In this document: piece by piece, positions 25,603-38,641 of the stretch
How positions within the stretch are numbered: position 1 is the first letter of the stretch
Layout of the letters: each line of letters begins with the position of its first letter
Assembly (NCBI GenBank): GCA_963514005.1
Contig: OY740802.1
Span: 28,396,001-28,460,000 of the forward strand
DNA length: 64,000 bases
Origin: Raja brachyura
Taxonomy: Eukaryota
Direction: 5' to 3'
Made by a program: the position numbers and the translations under genes
The notes under the pieces: model-generated
The model's input: the letters and a program-made list of their open reading frames with translations, nothing else
Database searches by the model: none
What the model was told of the DNA's origin: nothing

Positions 25603-25976
25603 CAGGAAGCCCTCGCAATAACGGACCTTTAAGTGGCAGATTTTGGTTATAGCGGACCGAGGCTCGCATTGCACCCCCTCCCCCACTCCACCGGCGCCAC
25701 GTGGCAGGAGCTTCCGGTTGTGGGAGCGGGGGGAGTGAGCAGCGTGAATGTGGTGTGAGTACGGGGCCCGTCTCTGGTGGGTGCACTGCGTGTGGGGGGC
25801 CTGAGGCTCTGTGGCTCCCGCGCGTTTAACCCCCCCCCCGCCCCCCCAGTGCCGCGTTTCGTCCCTCTCGTCCCTGGGTTAAACGTTACACCCCTCCCCC
25901 GGTTATAGCGGGACAATCGGCAATGACGAATGCCATCCTCACCCCCCTTCCGTTTAGTTATTTTGAGGCCTTACTG
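25603..25976. mobile_element. Tc1/mariner-pogo (Tigger-like) MITE
   Basis: Imperfect TIRs caggaagccctcgcaataac and gttattttgaggccttactg, TA at the right end, subterminal gttatagcgg repeats and a GC-rich core. Confidence 0.65.
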
Positions 25977-26199
25977 TATATTGTTTCAGCCACATCTGAT
26001 CATCCAATGTTCCTGCGCAGTGAATGCATTGGGACCAGTTCTAAGAAAGTTCAGTGGACTCAATACCTGGAATGAGCGTGATGTTTGGTGGGAAAGGATT
26101 AACTGGAGCAGGGGCTTGTGTGAGGAGAAGGCGTTTCATCTTGTGGGTGAATCACGAATTAGGGACAGCTGTTTAAAAATAATGCTTGGCCATGTCCTT

Positions 26200-27150
26200 C
26201 ATGTACATTGGCAAGACCAAGTGTTTTTGCCTGACACTTGCGCTCGGTCTGCCAAGACCTGCTCTCTTCCCCATTGCCAACCATTTCAACTCCGCTTCCC
26301 ATTCCCACACTGACCTTTCTGTCCTGGGCCTCCTCCATTGCCAGAGTGAGGCCACACACAAACAGGAGCAACAGCACCTCATATTCTGTTTGGGTAGCCT
26401 ACACCCCAATGGTTGAATTGTCCTATTTTAGGTAACTACAATAGCACCCCCTTCTTTCTCTTCCCTCCCACACCCCCACTCAGCTGTGGCCCACCTGGAC
26501 ACGCACCTCTTTCTCCTCTCCCCCTCCCCTTTGAGCTGCATTCCTTCCTCCAACTTCACAATTCACAACTCTTTAGACTTTAGAAATACAGCATAGAAAC
26601 AGGCCCTTCGGCCCACCGAGTCTGCGCCAACCAGCGGCCACCCCGTACGCTAGTTCTATCCGACACACTAGGGACAACTTAATTTACAGAAGTCAATTAA
26701 CCTACAAACCTGCACGCTTTGGAGTGTGGGAGGAAACCGGAGCACCCAGAGAAAACCCACAAAGTCGCAGGGAGATGGCACAAACTTTTTGCAGACAGCA
26801 CCCAAGGCCAGGATTGAACCCTGGGTCTCTGGCGCTGTAAGGCAGCAACTCTACTGCTGTGCCACTGTTCTGCCCGCATCAATTCTTTGTTTTGCATCTC
26901 TTTTCATCTCTGGCCTTTGTCCAACCATCTGCCTATATACAGAATATTCCTGACCTGTATCCACCTACTGCCTGCAAAGCTTTGTCACGCCCCTCCAACT
27001 TTCTCCTCCCTAACACCTGCTCTCAACCTCCCGCACAATCAGCCTGAAACGTCACCTATCCCTGTTCTCTAGAGATGCTACCTGACCCGCTGCGTTACTC
27101 CAGAACGTTGTGTCTTTTTTTGTAAACCAGCATCTGCAGTTCCTTGTTTC
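26200..27150 (+). mobile_element. Penelope-like retroelement 3' end (degenerate GIY-YIG endonuclease, 3'UTR and terminal repeat), interrupted by an HE1 SINE
   Basis: Translation YIGKTK...PIANHFNSASHSHTDLSVLGLLHCQSEATHKQEQQHLIFCLGSLHPNG is the vertebrate Penelope endonuclease C-terminus. The element ends in the gaaacgtcacc...gagatgctacctgacccgctg terminal repeat. Confidence 0.8.
26573..26876 (-). mobile_element. HE1-like V-SINE inserted in a Penelope 3'UTR
   Basis: Full-length reverse copy. Flanks caactcttt and caattcttt resemble a TSD. Confidence 0.85.
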
Positions 27151-30100
27151 TAGATCCTACCGGGTTTGATTGTCCAGACTTTGGCCTCTCTGGGAATGCT
27201 CAAATGCACGCAAGGCTGCATGATCATCAAACTAATTATGGCAATTGTTCTCTAAATGCATTTGGCTTCCTTGCTGGGGCCAGGACTGCAGTAGTTTTGT
27301 TTAAATTAAGGAGCACAAATGATTGAAAGCCAAAATAAATAGATGTTGTGTGTTGGGAATCAGAAGTTGCTTGGAGTTGGAATGGTTTCTGTCTGAGCAA
27401 TCAGGCTCCCTTCGAGAGGAGGGAAATACACTGGCAAAGCCAGATAGCTTCTCCTTGAACACAGCTTAACATTTGTTTAATTTAATCAAAAGGAATCTGG
27501 TTTTCCTTACCGGAAAAAGGAGCGTTCAGGGCAACCTAGAGCTTGAGAGGATAGACACTAGGAATCTGGCAACATACCTTCTATTATAAAGAGATATTTC
27601 AGATGAATTCAGAAATTCCTTTTTGATGCATCCAAGAGCTTTGAGAAATATTTTGAAGGACAAGAGCCCTAAAGAGACCGTTTAGGGATGGCACAGTGGC
27701 GCAGCGGTAGAGTTGCTGCCGTGCAGCACCAGAGACCCATGTTCGATCCTGACTTTGGGTGCTGTCTGTATGGAGCTTGTACGTTCTCCCCGTGACCGCG
27801 CGGATTTGCCCTGGTTTCCTCAAACATTCCAAAGATGTACAGGCCTGTAGCTTAATTGGCTTTGGTAAAAGATTGTAAATTTCCCCTGGTGCTGGTGTAC
27901 GGGATGATCGCTGGTAGGGGCAGACTTGGTGGGCCGAAGAGCCTGTTTCTGAGATTCTATATCGGAGACCTTTGAATTATGTTTTAATTAACCTTATTTT
28001 ACGATGATGTTATATCTTGCACTTTTTTGCTGTATCTTTATCTTTTATCCGCACACTGTGGATGGCTTGACTGGATAGCATGCAAACAATAGCTTTTCAC
28101 TGAACCTCAGAACATATGACAATCATGAACTAAACTAAACATAGGCATCCGTAAATTTCCCCTAGAGTGTAGGACATAGAACTAGTGTACGGGTGATCGA
28201 TGGACTCCGACGGCCGAAGGGCCAGCTTCCTCGCTGTATCTCAAAACTCTGCAATGTTGGAAGATAAGTTTCTATACTGCCACAGCGATATGTTTCTCTA
28301 CTGCCACAGCTTTGTACTGGTCTAAGTTCATTAGTTATAGGTGCAGAAGTAGACCATTCGGCCCATCAAGTCTCCTCTGCCATTCAATCATGTCTGATCT
28401 AGCTTACCCTCTCAACCCCATTCACCTGCCTTCTCCCAATAACCCCTAATACCCTCAATCTCCGCAATAAGGAAATCAGTTGACTTGGCTTCCACAACCG
28501 TCTGTGGCAATGAACTCTTTGTTTTCAAGAGAGAGTTAGATTTAGCTCTTAGGGCTAACGGAATGAAGTTACTGATTTTGGATGATCAGACATGATCATA
28601 TTGAATGGCGGTGCTGGCTCAAAGTGCCAAATGGCCTACTCCTGCACCTATATTCTATGTCTGTGTAATTCCACAGATTCACCACCCTCTGACTAAAGAC
28701 ATTCCTCTTCATTGCCTCCCATTATTCTGTGGCGGTGCCCTCTGTGTCTTGGACTCTCCCACTAGTGGAAACATCCTCTCTGCATCCACTCTATGCAGGC
28801 CTTTCGTTGTTCGCTAAGTTTCAACGAGATCCCCCCCCCCCCCCCCCCCCCCCATCCTTGTAAACTCCATGTAGTACAAGCCCTGTCCCATCAAGCTGGT
28901 GCTAATCAGGGCTCACCCACCATACGTTAAACCTCTAGACAGGGTTGGAAAGTTTGGCTGGTGGTTGGTTTGTACGCCGGCACAGATGTGGGGCCTGATA
29001 TATGAAGATGAGATTTCTGCCCTGTTTATGGCCGCTTTCAGCTGTAAAGATACATTGTGTGTTCCTGGAAAAGGATAGATTAAACTGGATTATTGAGGCC
29101 TTCCTGCCAACAGTTGTGCACAATAGTGATCATTTGGGTCAAGTGCAGCTGAGCCCATGGGACTGTATTCCAACTAGAGTTGTTGGCATGAAGATCTATC
29201 AACCGTTGTGGAATCAATGGGGGCTTTGGCCCAGAGATTAACTGTTGCCTGAGTGTTTCTTGTAATTTAAGAATAGTGGTAATTCATTCCTCATTCTTCA
29301 GCTGTTTTTCTTTAATTCTTCAAAACAGTTGGTCAGAGATATCTTCTAGCATTGTCGATCATGGAGTCATACAGCTTGGAAACGGGCCCTTCGGCCCAAC
29401 TTGCCATGCTGACCAACATGCCCCATCTACACTACTCCCACCTGCCTGCGTGTGGCACATATCCCTCTTTCAAGAGAGAGTTAGATTTAGCTTTTAGGCC
29501 TAAAGGAATCAAGGGATATGGGGGGAAAAGCTGGAACAGGTTACTGATTTTAGATGATTAGCCATGATCATATTGAATGGTGGTGTTGGCTTGAAGGGCC
29601 GAATGGCCTACTCCTACACCTATTTTTCTATGTTTCTAAACCTATCCTACCATGTACCTGTTTCTTAAAATGTTTTGAAAGTCCCTGCCTCAACTACTTG
29701 CTCCGGCAGCTCGTTCCACATACCAACCATCCTTTGCGTAAAAAGAAAAGTTGCCCTTTGGGCAACGATTAAATCTTTTAGGATAATTTAGGATATTTAA
29801 TCCTATTAAATCTTTCCCCCTCACCTTAAACCTATGTGGTCTGGTTCTCGATTTCCCCTACTCTGAATGCGGACACTTTCTGTCGATTCTGCTTTCTCTC
29901 CCCCTTGCCTTCTCATCCTTTCACCAATACTCCCCACTCGTCTTCACCCACCCAATGGTCAAGATTTACCCGGCAGGTACAATTTTTCTGCTTCCGTTGG
30001 AGAGAAAAATACAATATATATTCGCAGCCCGCACCCAAGCAGCAGGTTTAAAGGTGGTTGTGGCTTGAAACGTTTGGATTTTACGGACAACAATGAAAAT

Positions 30101-32849
30101 CACTGGGTGATGCAACTTGTTGAGCCACTCCCTCACCGCGCCAGAGACCAGGGTTCAATCCTGACCTCGGGTGCTGTCTGCACATTCCCCCTGTGACCGC
30201 CTGTGGTTTCTCTGCGTATTCCAGTTCAATCCCACATCCCAGAGACAGGCGGGTCAGTAGATTAATTGGCCTCTGTAACATTTCCTGAAGGTAAAGTTGA
30301 GTGCTGGAATTTGGGGAGAGTTGATGAGAATGTGGGAGAATTTCTTTTTTTTAAAATGGGATTAATGTAGGATTAGTGTGAATGGATGACTAATGATCGG
30401 TGTGGACTCTGAGCTGAAGAACCAGTTTATGTCTTGCATCTCTCTATGACTTTAAGAAAAAAATCAAAACTTTAAAAAAATAATTATTATAATATCACTG
30501 GGATGCATCACATCCTGGTTTGGGAACAACTCCATCCAAGACCACAAGAAATTGCAGATAGTTGTGGACACAGCCCAGACTATCACACAAACCAACCTCC
30601 CTTCCAATGACTCATCTACACTTCACGCTGCCTCGGCAAGGCCGGCAACATAATCAAGGACCAGCCTCAACCCCGATCACTCCCTCTTCTCCCCTCTCCT
30701 GCTGACGTTGCTTATTTATTATGGAAACTAAAAATTGGTTTGCCAAATGTTGTTTTCCGTAATAAAAAATGCACTATTTTGCCAAAGATGATAATCATAA
30801 AACAGCCCTGATCGTAACTAAACATAGAAAGAAAATTCAATTTTAATGCAATTTAAATCAATATAAGATGGCTTTTCTCTGCTGTACAGTTTTGATGGCC
30901 AGATTTACATGCCGGCATCGTGTTTGCAAGAGAAAGAAGTGAATGTTCAAAACAGCCCAATGTGCGGTCCAGTGGCACAGCGGTAAAGTTGCTGCTTTAC
31001 AGCGGCAGAGACCCAGGTTCGATCCTGACTACGGGTGCTGTCTGTACGGAGTTTGTATGTTCTCCCTGTGGCTGCGTTGGTTTTCTCCGGGTACTCCGGT
31101 TTCCTCCCACACTCCAAAAGATGTACAGGTTTGCAGGTTAGTTGGCTTCAGTAAAATTGTAACTTGTCCCTCGTGTGTAGGATAGTGCGAGCGCGCGGGG
31201 TTATCGCTGGTCGGCGCGGACTCGGCGGGCCAAAGGGCCTAGTTCAACGCTGTATCTCCCAAGTACAGTAAAGCTATGTAACATTAGTCCTTTATCTTAA
31301 CTGCCTGGTTTGCGGTTGCAAAGGGTCATTTTCATAAACTATAATTACTCAGCTCAAATACGGCTTCCATGTTCCCAACCTCCCAGAGATGGAGCCGGAA
31401 TGGGTGGATCAAGAAAAATAACAGCGCTCTTAAATGCACAGCTCTTGGGAGGTGGGTTTTATGTGTGCATGACTTTTGGGCACTTAGGTACATGAAGACA
31501 TGAAAGCATTTAGTATTCTAAACAGTTTTAATTTGCAGGCAAAGGAAATGGATGCATTTGGGATGGGATGTTTGTCCAATTTGCTAACTTGGCAGCCTGA
31601 GGAAAGGCCCTTTTAATCCTGGTTGCTCAGCTGTGTGCTAAATAGCTGTGGTTTAAGTTTAGTTTAGTTTGGAGATGGGGTGTGGAAACAGGTCCTGCAG
31701 CAAAGACGTCCACGCCAACCACCGATCGCCCGCTCACACGACTTCTATGCTATCCCACTTTCTCATCCATTCCCTATAGATTATGGGCAATTTTGCAGAG
31801 GCCATTTACCCTGTAAACCCAAAAGGCCACTAAAGCGCTGGAGTAACTCAGCAGGGCAGGCAGGCAGGATCTCTGGAGATGGATAGGTGACATATCAGCA
31901 CTCAACCCAAAACACCACCTATCTATCCACGCTCTCCAGAGATGCTGCCTGCCCCACTGAGTTAGTTACTCCAGCACTTCATGTCAGCTTGTGTATTAAC
32001 CAGCACCTGCAGTTCCTTGTTTCTAACCTGCAAACCTGCTGGTCTTTGGGGTGCAGGAAGAATCCTGGTGGTACCCACATGGTTTCCGGGAGAACATGCA
32101 AACTCTGCACAGTGATCCAGGTCAAAGCCTGGACTCTGGAGCTGTGAGGCAGTGGCTCCACCACCAGCGGTGCCACTCCTGCCCAGGTTTTATTATCTAC
32201 TCTAGGCTATGAAGTGGGGATATAGTTCAGACACTGCAGACCCGTTCGGTAAGCCTAGAGGGTTGACAGCGGCCCATGGAACCTGAGCTTAGTTTGGTTT
32301 AGAATGCAGCGTGGAAACAGGCGCTTCAGCCCACCGAGTCCATGACCACCAGTGATCACCCATACACTAGTTCTATCCTACACACCAGGGACAGTTTCCA
32401 GAAGCCCTTTCACCTGCAAACCTGAACGTCTTTGGAATGTGGGAGGAAACGAGAGCATCCGGGGGAAAACCCACATGGTCACGGGGAGAACCTTCCAACT
32501 CCATACAGACAGCACCACTCGTCAGGATCGAACTCTGCTCTCTGCGCTGTAAGGCAGCGACTCTACTGCTGCGCCACTGTGCCGGCAGTCGTGTCTGTAG
32601 AATACTGAGCATCTTATGTTACATGCGTCACTGCCTTCGAGAAGGAGATGAGGAGGAATTTCTTTAGTCAGAGGGTGGTGAATCTGTGGAATTCATTGCC
32701 CCAGGCGCCTGTGGTGGCCAAGTCAATGGATATTTTTAAGGTGGGGAGTGACAGATTCTTCATTGGTAAAGGTGTCTGGGGGATATGGGGAGAAGGCAGG
32801 ATATTGGGGTGGAGATGGAAAGAGATTGATCGGCCATGATTCCAGCAGT

Positions 32850-33305
32850 CGGTGTTAGCCAGTGCCATCCTCTTTGCTGCTGGGGCAGCTGGGCGAAGGC
32901 CGCGGACGTCAATAGGATCAACAAACTCATCAGGAACGCTGGCTCCGTCCTGGGGGCGGGGTTGGATTCATGGGAGGGGGTCTTGGAGGGGAGGATGCTC
33001 TTCAAACTGCGGAGCATCTTGGACAATACAGCTCACCCCCTCCATGACCCACCGGTCAACCTGAGGAGCACCTTCAGCAACAGACTGGTTCCATCAAGAT
33101 GCAGCACAGAACACCACAGGAGATCCTTCTTCCCTGTGGCTATCAAACTGTACAACCCCTCCCCTTCTGTCGTGGGGTAGACTGTGTCTCCCCCCTCCCC
33201 AATCTTTGCACATCCCCACTCCTTGTCATTTTAATTTCATGTTTCATGTATTTTGTGTTTCTATGACTTTTGGCATATCAGTTTCCCTCCTGTAATAAGT
33301 AAAGT
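32850..33305 (+). mobile_element. Rex1/Babar-type LINE RT C-terminal fragment and 3'UTR
   Basis: CWGSWAKAADVNRINKLIRNAGSVLG...KLRSILDNTAHPLH...RCSTEHHRRSFFPVAIKLYN. Confidence 0.8.
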
Positions 33306-35624
33306 TCCATTGTACCTTATCGTATGAACTTCAGTAGGGGTGCCAGCATTTCGCGTCCTAGTGATGTGGATCAAGGAATAGAGAAATGTTATTAAGATGG
33401 TGGCAATTTAGAAGGCGCAGCAATTGGTAAGGATGGAGGAACATTGCTAAATGGTAAAGATAATGATGATAGACTTCAGTAAAGGGGACCCGGCAGGAGG
33501 GGGGGGGGGCATAGAGAATGAAGGGGGACCCAGTGGTTGGGGGGGGGGGGGGTGCGCCAAAAACGGAGGGGTGGGCCTGCTGCCACTGTGGTGGCAGGCA
33601 GTAGATAGGACTGTTCAGTACTTTAATCACTTTGTCGGCACCAAAACGTGGTGACACCCGTGTAGTGCCTGGGTGACGTCTGCCACATGATTTTACCGGG
33701 TTGTACCTCGCTGTGCCTAATGTACATGTGGCAATAAAAGTACCATAGGATCATTGTGCAATATCTGCGTTGAATCCAAGAATGTCAAAATGAGCATGTG
33801 TTTGCGTATTTGCAGAGGAGGGAAGGGATTCGGGTGCGAATGAGTCACGGACACTCGTGAACAGGAGCAAACATTGAGGGTGGAGCTGATAAACAAACGC
33901 CTCGTTGGTTTTGATGTCGGGAGTGGGATGGTTGGAATTGACTAGGGGGTGGCTCAGTTTTAATTGAGGCAGGAGCAGGCCATGTGCCTCCTCAAATGTG
34001 ACGTTTCCTCCCACACTCCAAAGACGTACAGGTTTTCTGGTTCATTGGCTCGGTATAAATGTAAATTGTCCCTAGTGTGTGTAGATAATGATAATGTACG
34101 GGGATTGCTGGTCGAAGGCCGAAGGGCCTGTTTTGGAGCTCTATCTCTAAACTAAACTAAACTGATTTGATGGGGTTAATACAGAGGCGCTAGTTCCTAT
34201 GTGAAAGTGTTGACACATCTTTAGAAGGTCTAACCGTTGAGAAGGAAGTGTACCTAGAAATCCAGATACCGATAGGAAATGTATAGCAGGAAGACAGAGC
34301 TCTCTGTTCTTGTTGCCTCGGATCCAAAGTGAGCTGTTTTATTTCTCCTGCCATTTTTCAGAGCACGGGTTAGAATTCTGCTCCGTTTCATGTCGAAGTT
34401 TAAATTGGAAGAAGTTGGAAGCTTAAGTTTCAAATCAATGCGACAATTAATTGGTTCTGGCACGTTGGATTTGGAAGTAGAAACGTGGAAAAGTCAAAGC
34501 ATCGTAATCGCAATCCGTTGGCTCGGTGAAGATGATAAAAATAATGACTTGCTTATGTACACGGCAATGTTCTATGTCAGGACATCTCACACTGTTTAAC
34601 AGCTGAATTTGTGTGCATAAATTCTTCCAAGAGACAATGTGAAACTGATCATGTAATCTGTTTTTCGTGTTCTGGTCGGGGGACAAATATTAGCCACAAT
34701 ATCTAATATACGGTGGCGCAGTGGTAGAGTTGCTGCCTTACACTGCCAGAGACCCAGATTCGATCCTGACTACGGGTGCTGTCTGTAAGGAGTTTGTACG
34801 TTCTCCTCATGACCTCGTGGGTTTTCTCCGGGTGCTCTGGTTTCTTCCCACACTCCAAAGACGTACAGGTTTGTAGGATAATTGGCTTCAGTAAAAATTG
34901 TAAATTGTCCCTAGTGTGTAGGATAGTGCTAGTGTATGAGGATTACTGGTTGGCGCAGACTTGGTGGGCCTAATCTCTAAAGTAAATATATCCTGTGCTC
35001 TTCAAACCGACAGCCTTGAGAATGAATGATTGAAAGATACAACATGGAAGCAGGCCATTTAGCCCACCGACTCCATGCCAACCATGGATCACCTTTCACA
35101 CTTGCTCGACGTTATCCCACTATTGCATCCACTCCATGTACACAGGGGCCAATTAACCTACGAACCTTTACCTCTGTGGTCACCAGGGGAACGTGGAAAC
35201 TCCATGAACCCAGCACCTGTGGTCAGGATTGAGCTCGGGAGTCTGGTGCTGTGAGGCAACAGCTCTGAGTTATTGTGCCGCCCTTTCATAGAAAGAATAA
35301 ATGACATAATATATTAAAGTTATTTGATATTCAAGGGAAGCCGTGCTTCAGTTCAGTTTCTCATCCAGAACCTGCCCTTCCAGAAGGAAAGAACTCCCTT
35401 GTGATTGAATGTTTTTTTTTAAAAACACCTGGGATATATTTTCCATGAGAAGTATCAACATCCACCATAGATATACAAGATGGCACTGAAGCCAGGTGAC
35501 TCTCTGTGTGCGGGTCCCAGAAGTCGATCTGCGATCGCTCATTACGTTCACTCCACTCTTATAACTCTCTTTTCCAACATCAGCATTTCGTGCGTTACGC
35601 CCTTTATGATGAGCATTTGATGGC

Positions 35625-36060
35625 ACAGGGCCTGTACTCGCAGAGTTCGGAAGGATGAGGGTAAACCTCATTGAAACCTACCGAATAGCGAAAGCCCTGA
35701 ATAGAGCGAATGTGGAGAGGATGTTTCCACTGGTGGGAGAGTCCAAGACCAGAGGCCACAGCGTCAGGGTAAAAGATGTGCCTTTAGAAAAGAGATGAGG
35801 AGGAATTTCTTGAGTCAGAGGGTGGTAAATCTGTGGAATTCATTGACACAGAAGGCTGTGAAGGCCAAGTCATTGGGTAATTTTAAGGCAAAGGTTGACA
35901 GATTCATGATTAGAATTGTGTCAGGGGTTATGGGGAGAAGGCAGGAAAATGAAGTTGAGAAGGAAAGATAGATCAGCCATGATTGAATGTCGGAGTAGAC
36001 GATGGGTGGAATGGCCTAATCCTGCTTCTGGAACGTAAGAACTTCTGAACTAATGAACTT
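35625..36060 (+). mobile_element. CR1-clade LINE 3' fragment
   Basis: ggcctgtactcgcagagttcggaaggatgagg...gagtccaagaccagaggccacagc...gagggtggtaaatctgtggaattc, followed by the 3'UTR. Confidence 0.85.
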
Positions 36061-36532
36061 TATGCCGCATCTGTACACTGGGCGGGCGGCTTGATTGTAA
36101 TCAGGTATTGTCATTTTGCTAATTGGATAGCACGCAACAAAAAAGCTTTTCACTCTACTTTGGTACACACGACAATAGCAAACTAAACTAATTAAATGAT
36201 GTGACGCCTGTTCTTTCATTCTCCTGCAGCTTGCAGGCAGGTGACCTTATTGCCTTGTCCTTATCCATCTGTTTTCAGTAGCGCTGTTGAGATATGGGAA
36301 GCTAATTTATGGACATGACCCAGCGAGCTTCTTTTTTTTATCAGCTCCATTCCGCTTGCTTCCACTTGCGTATAAATAGCAGAGTTGGGGAACGCTGCTC
36401 ATGTGCTGGGGATGTTCAAGTGAAGTAATCGGCACGCAGCTCTGTAAGTGAGGGAACTGCATTAATACAGATAGACTTTCTTATGCAATGTAGGTCTTGT
36501 ATTCCAAAGCTCATAGACCAGACTCACTCTTA

Positions 36533-36825
36533 GGGCGGCATGGTGACACAGTGGTAGAGTTACTGCCTTATAGCGCCAGAGACCCGGGTTCGATCCTGAC
36601 AACGGGTGCTGTCTGCAAGGAGTTTGTACGTTCTCCCCGTGAATGCCTGGGCTTTCCCTGGGTGCTCCGGTTTCCTCCCGCACTCTAAAGACGTGCAGGT
36701 TTGTTGGTTAATTGGCTTAGTTAAAATTGTAAACTGTCCGTAGTGTGTGTAGATAGTGCCAGTGTACAGGGATTGCACGTCGGCGTGGACTCAGTGGGCC
36801 GAAGGGCCTGTTTCCGCGCTGTGCC
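36533..36825 (+). mobile_element. HE1-like V-SINE
   Basis: gggcggcatggtgacacagtggtagag...gggttcgatcc...gggccgaagggcctgtttccgcgctgt. Confidence 0.85.
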
Positions 36826-37347
36826 ACAGTCTGCCCCTTTGGCAAAACAGTTGGGAGTTTAAATGAAAGTTAAAATACTGCTTGATAGAAATGAGTGTGT
36901 GCCTTTCCTTCAAGCAGATAGCAGCACCAGTGGAAGGCTGTTGCATTACACACTGGGCCCCAAGATGATTGCAGCTTGCGTATTCTGGAGTTCTCCTTGA
37001 CCAAATCACCAGGGGTCACCGGGTTTGATGTAGAAACGAGGAACTGAAGATGCTGGATTAATGAAAGGTCGGAATTGGGGTCCCGACCTGAAACATCATC
37101 CATCCGTGTCCTCCAGAGATGCTGCCTGACCCACTGAGTTACTCCAACACTTTGTGTTTTTCACGGAGTCTGACGTGTGCTTTCTGTGTGGGATTGTATG
37201 GGTTAAGTTCACTGAAGCAATATCTATCTGGTGCAATCAGTATAGTGTAGTAATGATATATATTTAAATGAATTGTCCCATTTTTGGTACTTTAACAGCA
37301 GCACAGTGAATGCGTCTTGCTAAAACTTATTTGCTCTTCTTCTGCAG

Positions 37348-38641
37348 AACAAGCTCCACCTGGCAGCCGGCCCCGGGCACCAAGGCATCGATGCTGGTGA
37401 AAGTGGACAGTGGGACGAGCTCGGTTTCCTCGCACGGCTCCGCACCTCAGCCACAGAGCTCCCCATCAGTCTCCGTGCAGAAGGTCCACGTGGCCCAGGC
37501 TCCGGCCCAGCAGGCTGGCTGCGCCCAGCCGGGGGGCAAGGTTCCTTCCCCCCTCGAGGCCAAGCCGTCCCTGCACCTGAAGAAGACAGAGAACGGGGGC
37601 TTCTGCCTGGTGCTGGCGAATGGCCCGGCGCACCAGACCCCCCACAAGACCCAGCCTGGGCAAAGCCAGCCGCTGTCTCCAAGGTGCGCCTCTGGCGCTC
37701 CCATTTACGATGAGCCTCCCATCGAGTCGCCCATCTACGACGAGCCTCCGATGGAGGTGGAGCCGGAGGGAGCATCTCGCGGTAAAGCCGCAGCCCCGAA
37801 GGTGGGCGGACAAGCGGGGCAGAGAGGGCCGGCAAAGCTGCTTCACAACTCGGGCGTCAATAAACACGCCAGGAATCCGTCCACCACTGAGTATAGCCCG
37901 GCAGGGAGAGAGTACATCAAGCAGATGGTCAACATTGACCCGGCCTCCAAACAGGCCTCGTCTCCAAATGGGACGTGCGACAGTGCTGGGAGAGCCCTCG
38001 CCGGTCATCTGTTGGCCAAGGACAGTAACAAGCAGCAGTGGAAGATCCTGGACATGAACTCGCTGAAAAGTAACGAGGTGCACAGCCGGCAGAGCAGCTT
38101 GCAGTCGCACGAGTACCCCACCTCGGTGATCAGCCACCAGGATTCGGGCTACTCCACCGGCCCCTCCCCCAGCCTGCGGAGGAGGAAGGGCAGGAGAACG
38201 GCGGTGGGCCAGGTCCGGCCCGGCTCCCTGGGCAGTAGCAGCGAGCTGAACATCCTGAACGAGAAGCTGATGGCGGAGATGCGGGCGGTGGTGGGCCGGG
38301 CGGTGGAGATCCGGGGCAGCCAGGCCAGCCTGAACGCCGACATCGCCGAGAGCTGCATCCTGGCCGACATCCACAAGATCCGCCTGCAGTCCGAGGGCCG
38401 GCACCTGCGGCAGTACGCCAGCCACGGCTCCAAGGACAACATCGCGGCCAGCACCAGGTCCCTGCACAAACTGGGCGCCGACATCCGGGCCTCGGTCGAC
38501 AGCCAGTTGTCAACCCGACAGGAGGTGGTCCGGCAGAAGAGGACATTTGAGAAGGTGGATTTTTCCAGCAACTCGTTGGAAAGAAGCATCACCAGCCAGA
38601 TTAGCCTTTCTTTACCGAGCCCTGTCCGGAACACGCAGCAG
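37348..38641 (+). CDS. ARHGAP39: ARHGAP39-like RhoGAP, large central exon (low-complexity linker; phase 2 in, phase 0 out)
   Basis: Acceptor ttcttctgcag|A at 37347/8 and donor CAG|gtaaga at 38641/2, inside the 457-aa ORF. Motifs RTSS..MLVKV, PIYDEPP (x2), EYSPAGREYIKQMV and RTFEK match the ARHGAP39 central exon as I recall it. May be a paralog (see findings). Confidence 0.9.

Noticed and set aside
29002-29241. Peptide VFLEKD resembling a short human ARHGAP39 exon as I recall it
   Set aside because: The nearby acceptor is phase 1 rather than the phase 2 expected, the downstream residues do not match and no good donor was seen; probably chance.
36230-36449. Strong acceptors, a TATAAATAG box and a gtaagt donor near the large exon
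   Set aside because: Candidate exons (11 nt and 165 nt) shift the frame or contain stops in the required phase; insufficient support.
37466-38467. 333-aa antisense ORF and other overlapping ORFs
   Set aside because: Shadow frames of the GC3-rich ARHGAP39-like exon; no recognisable domain.
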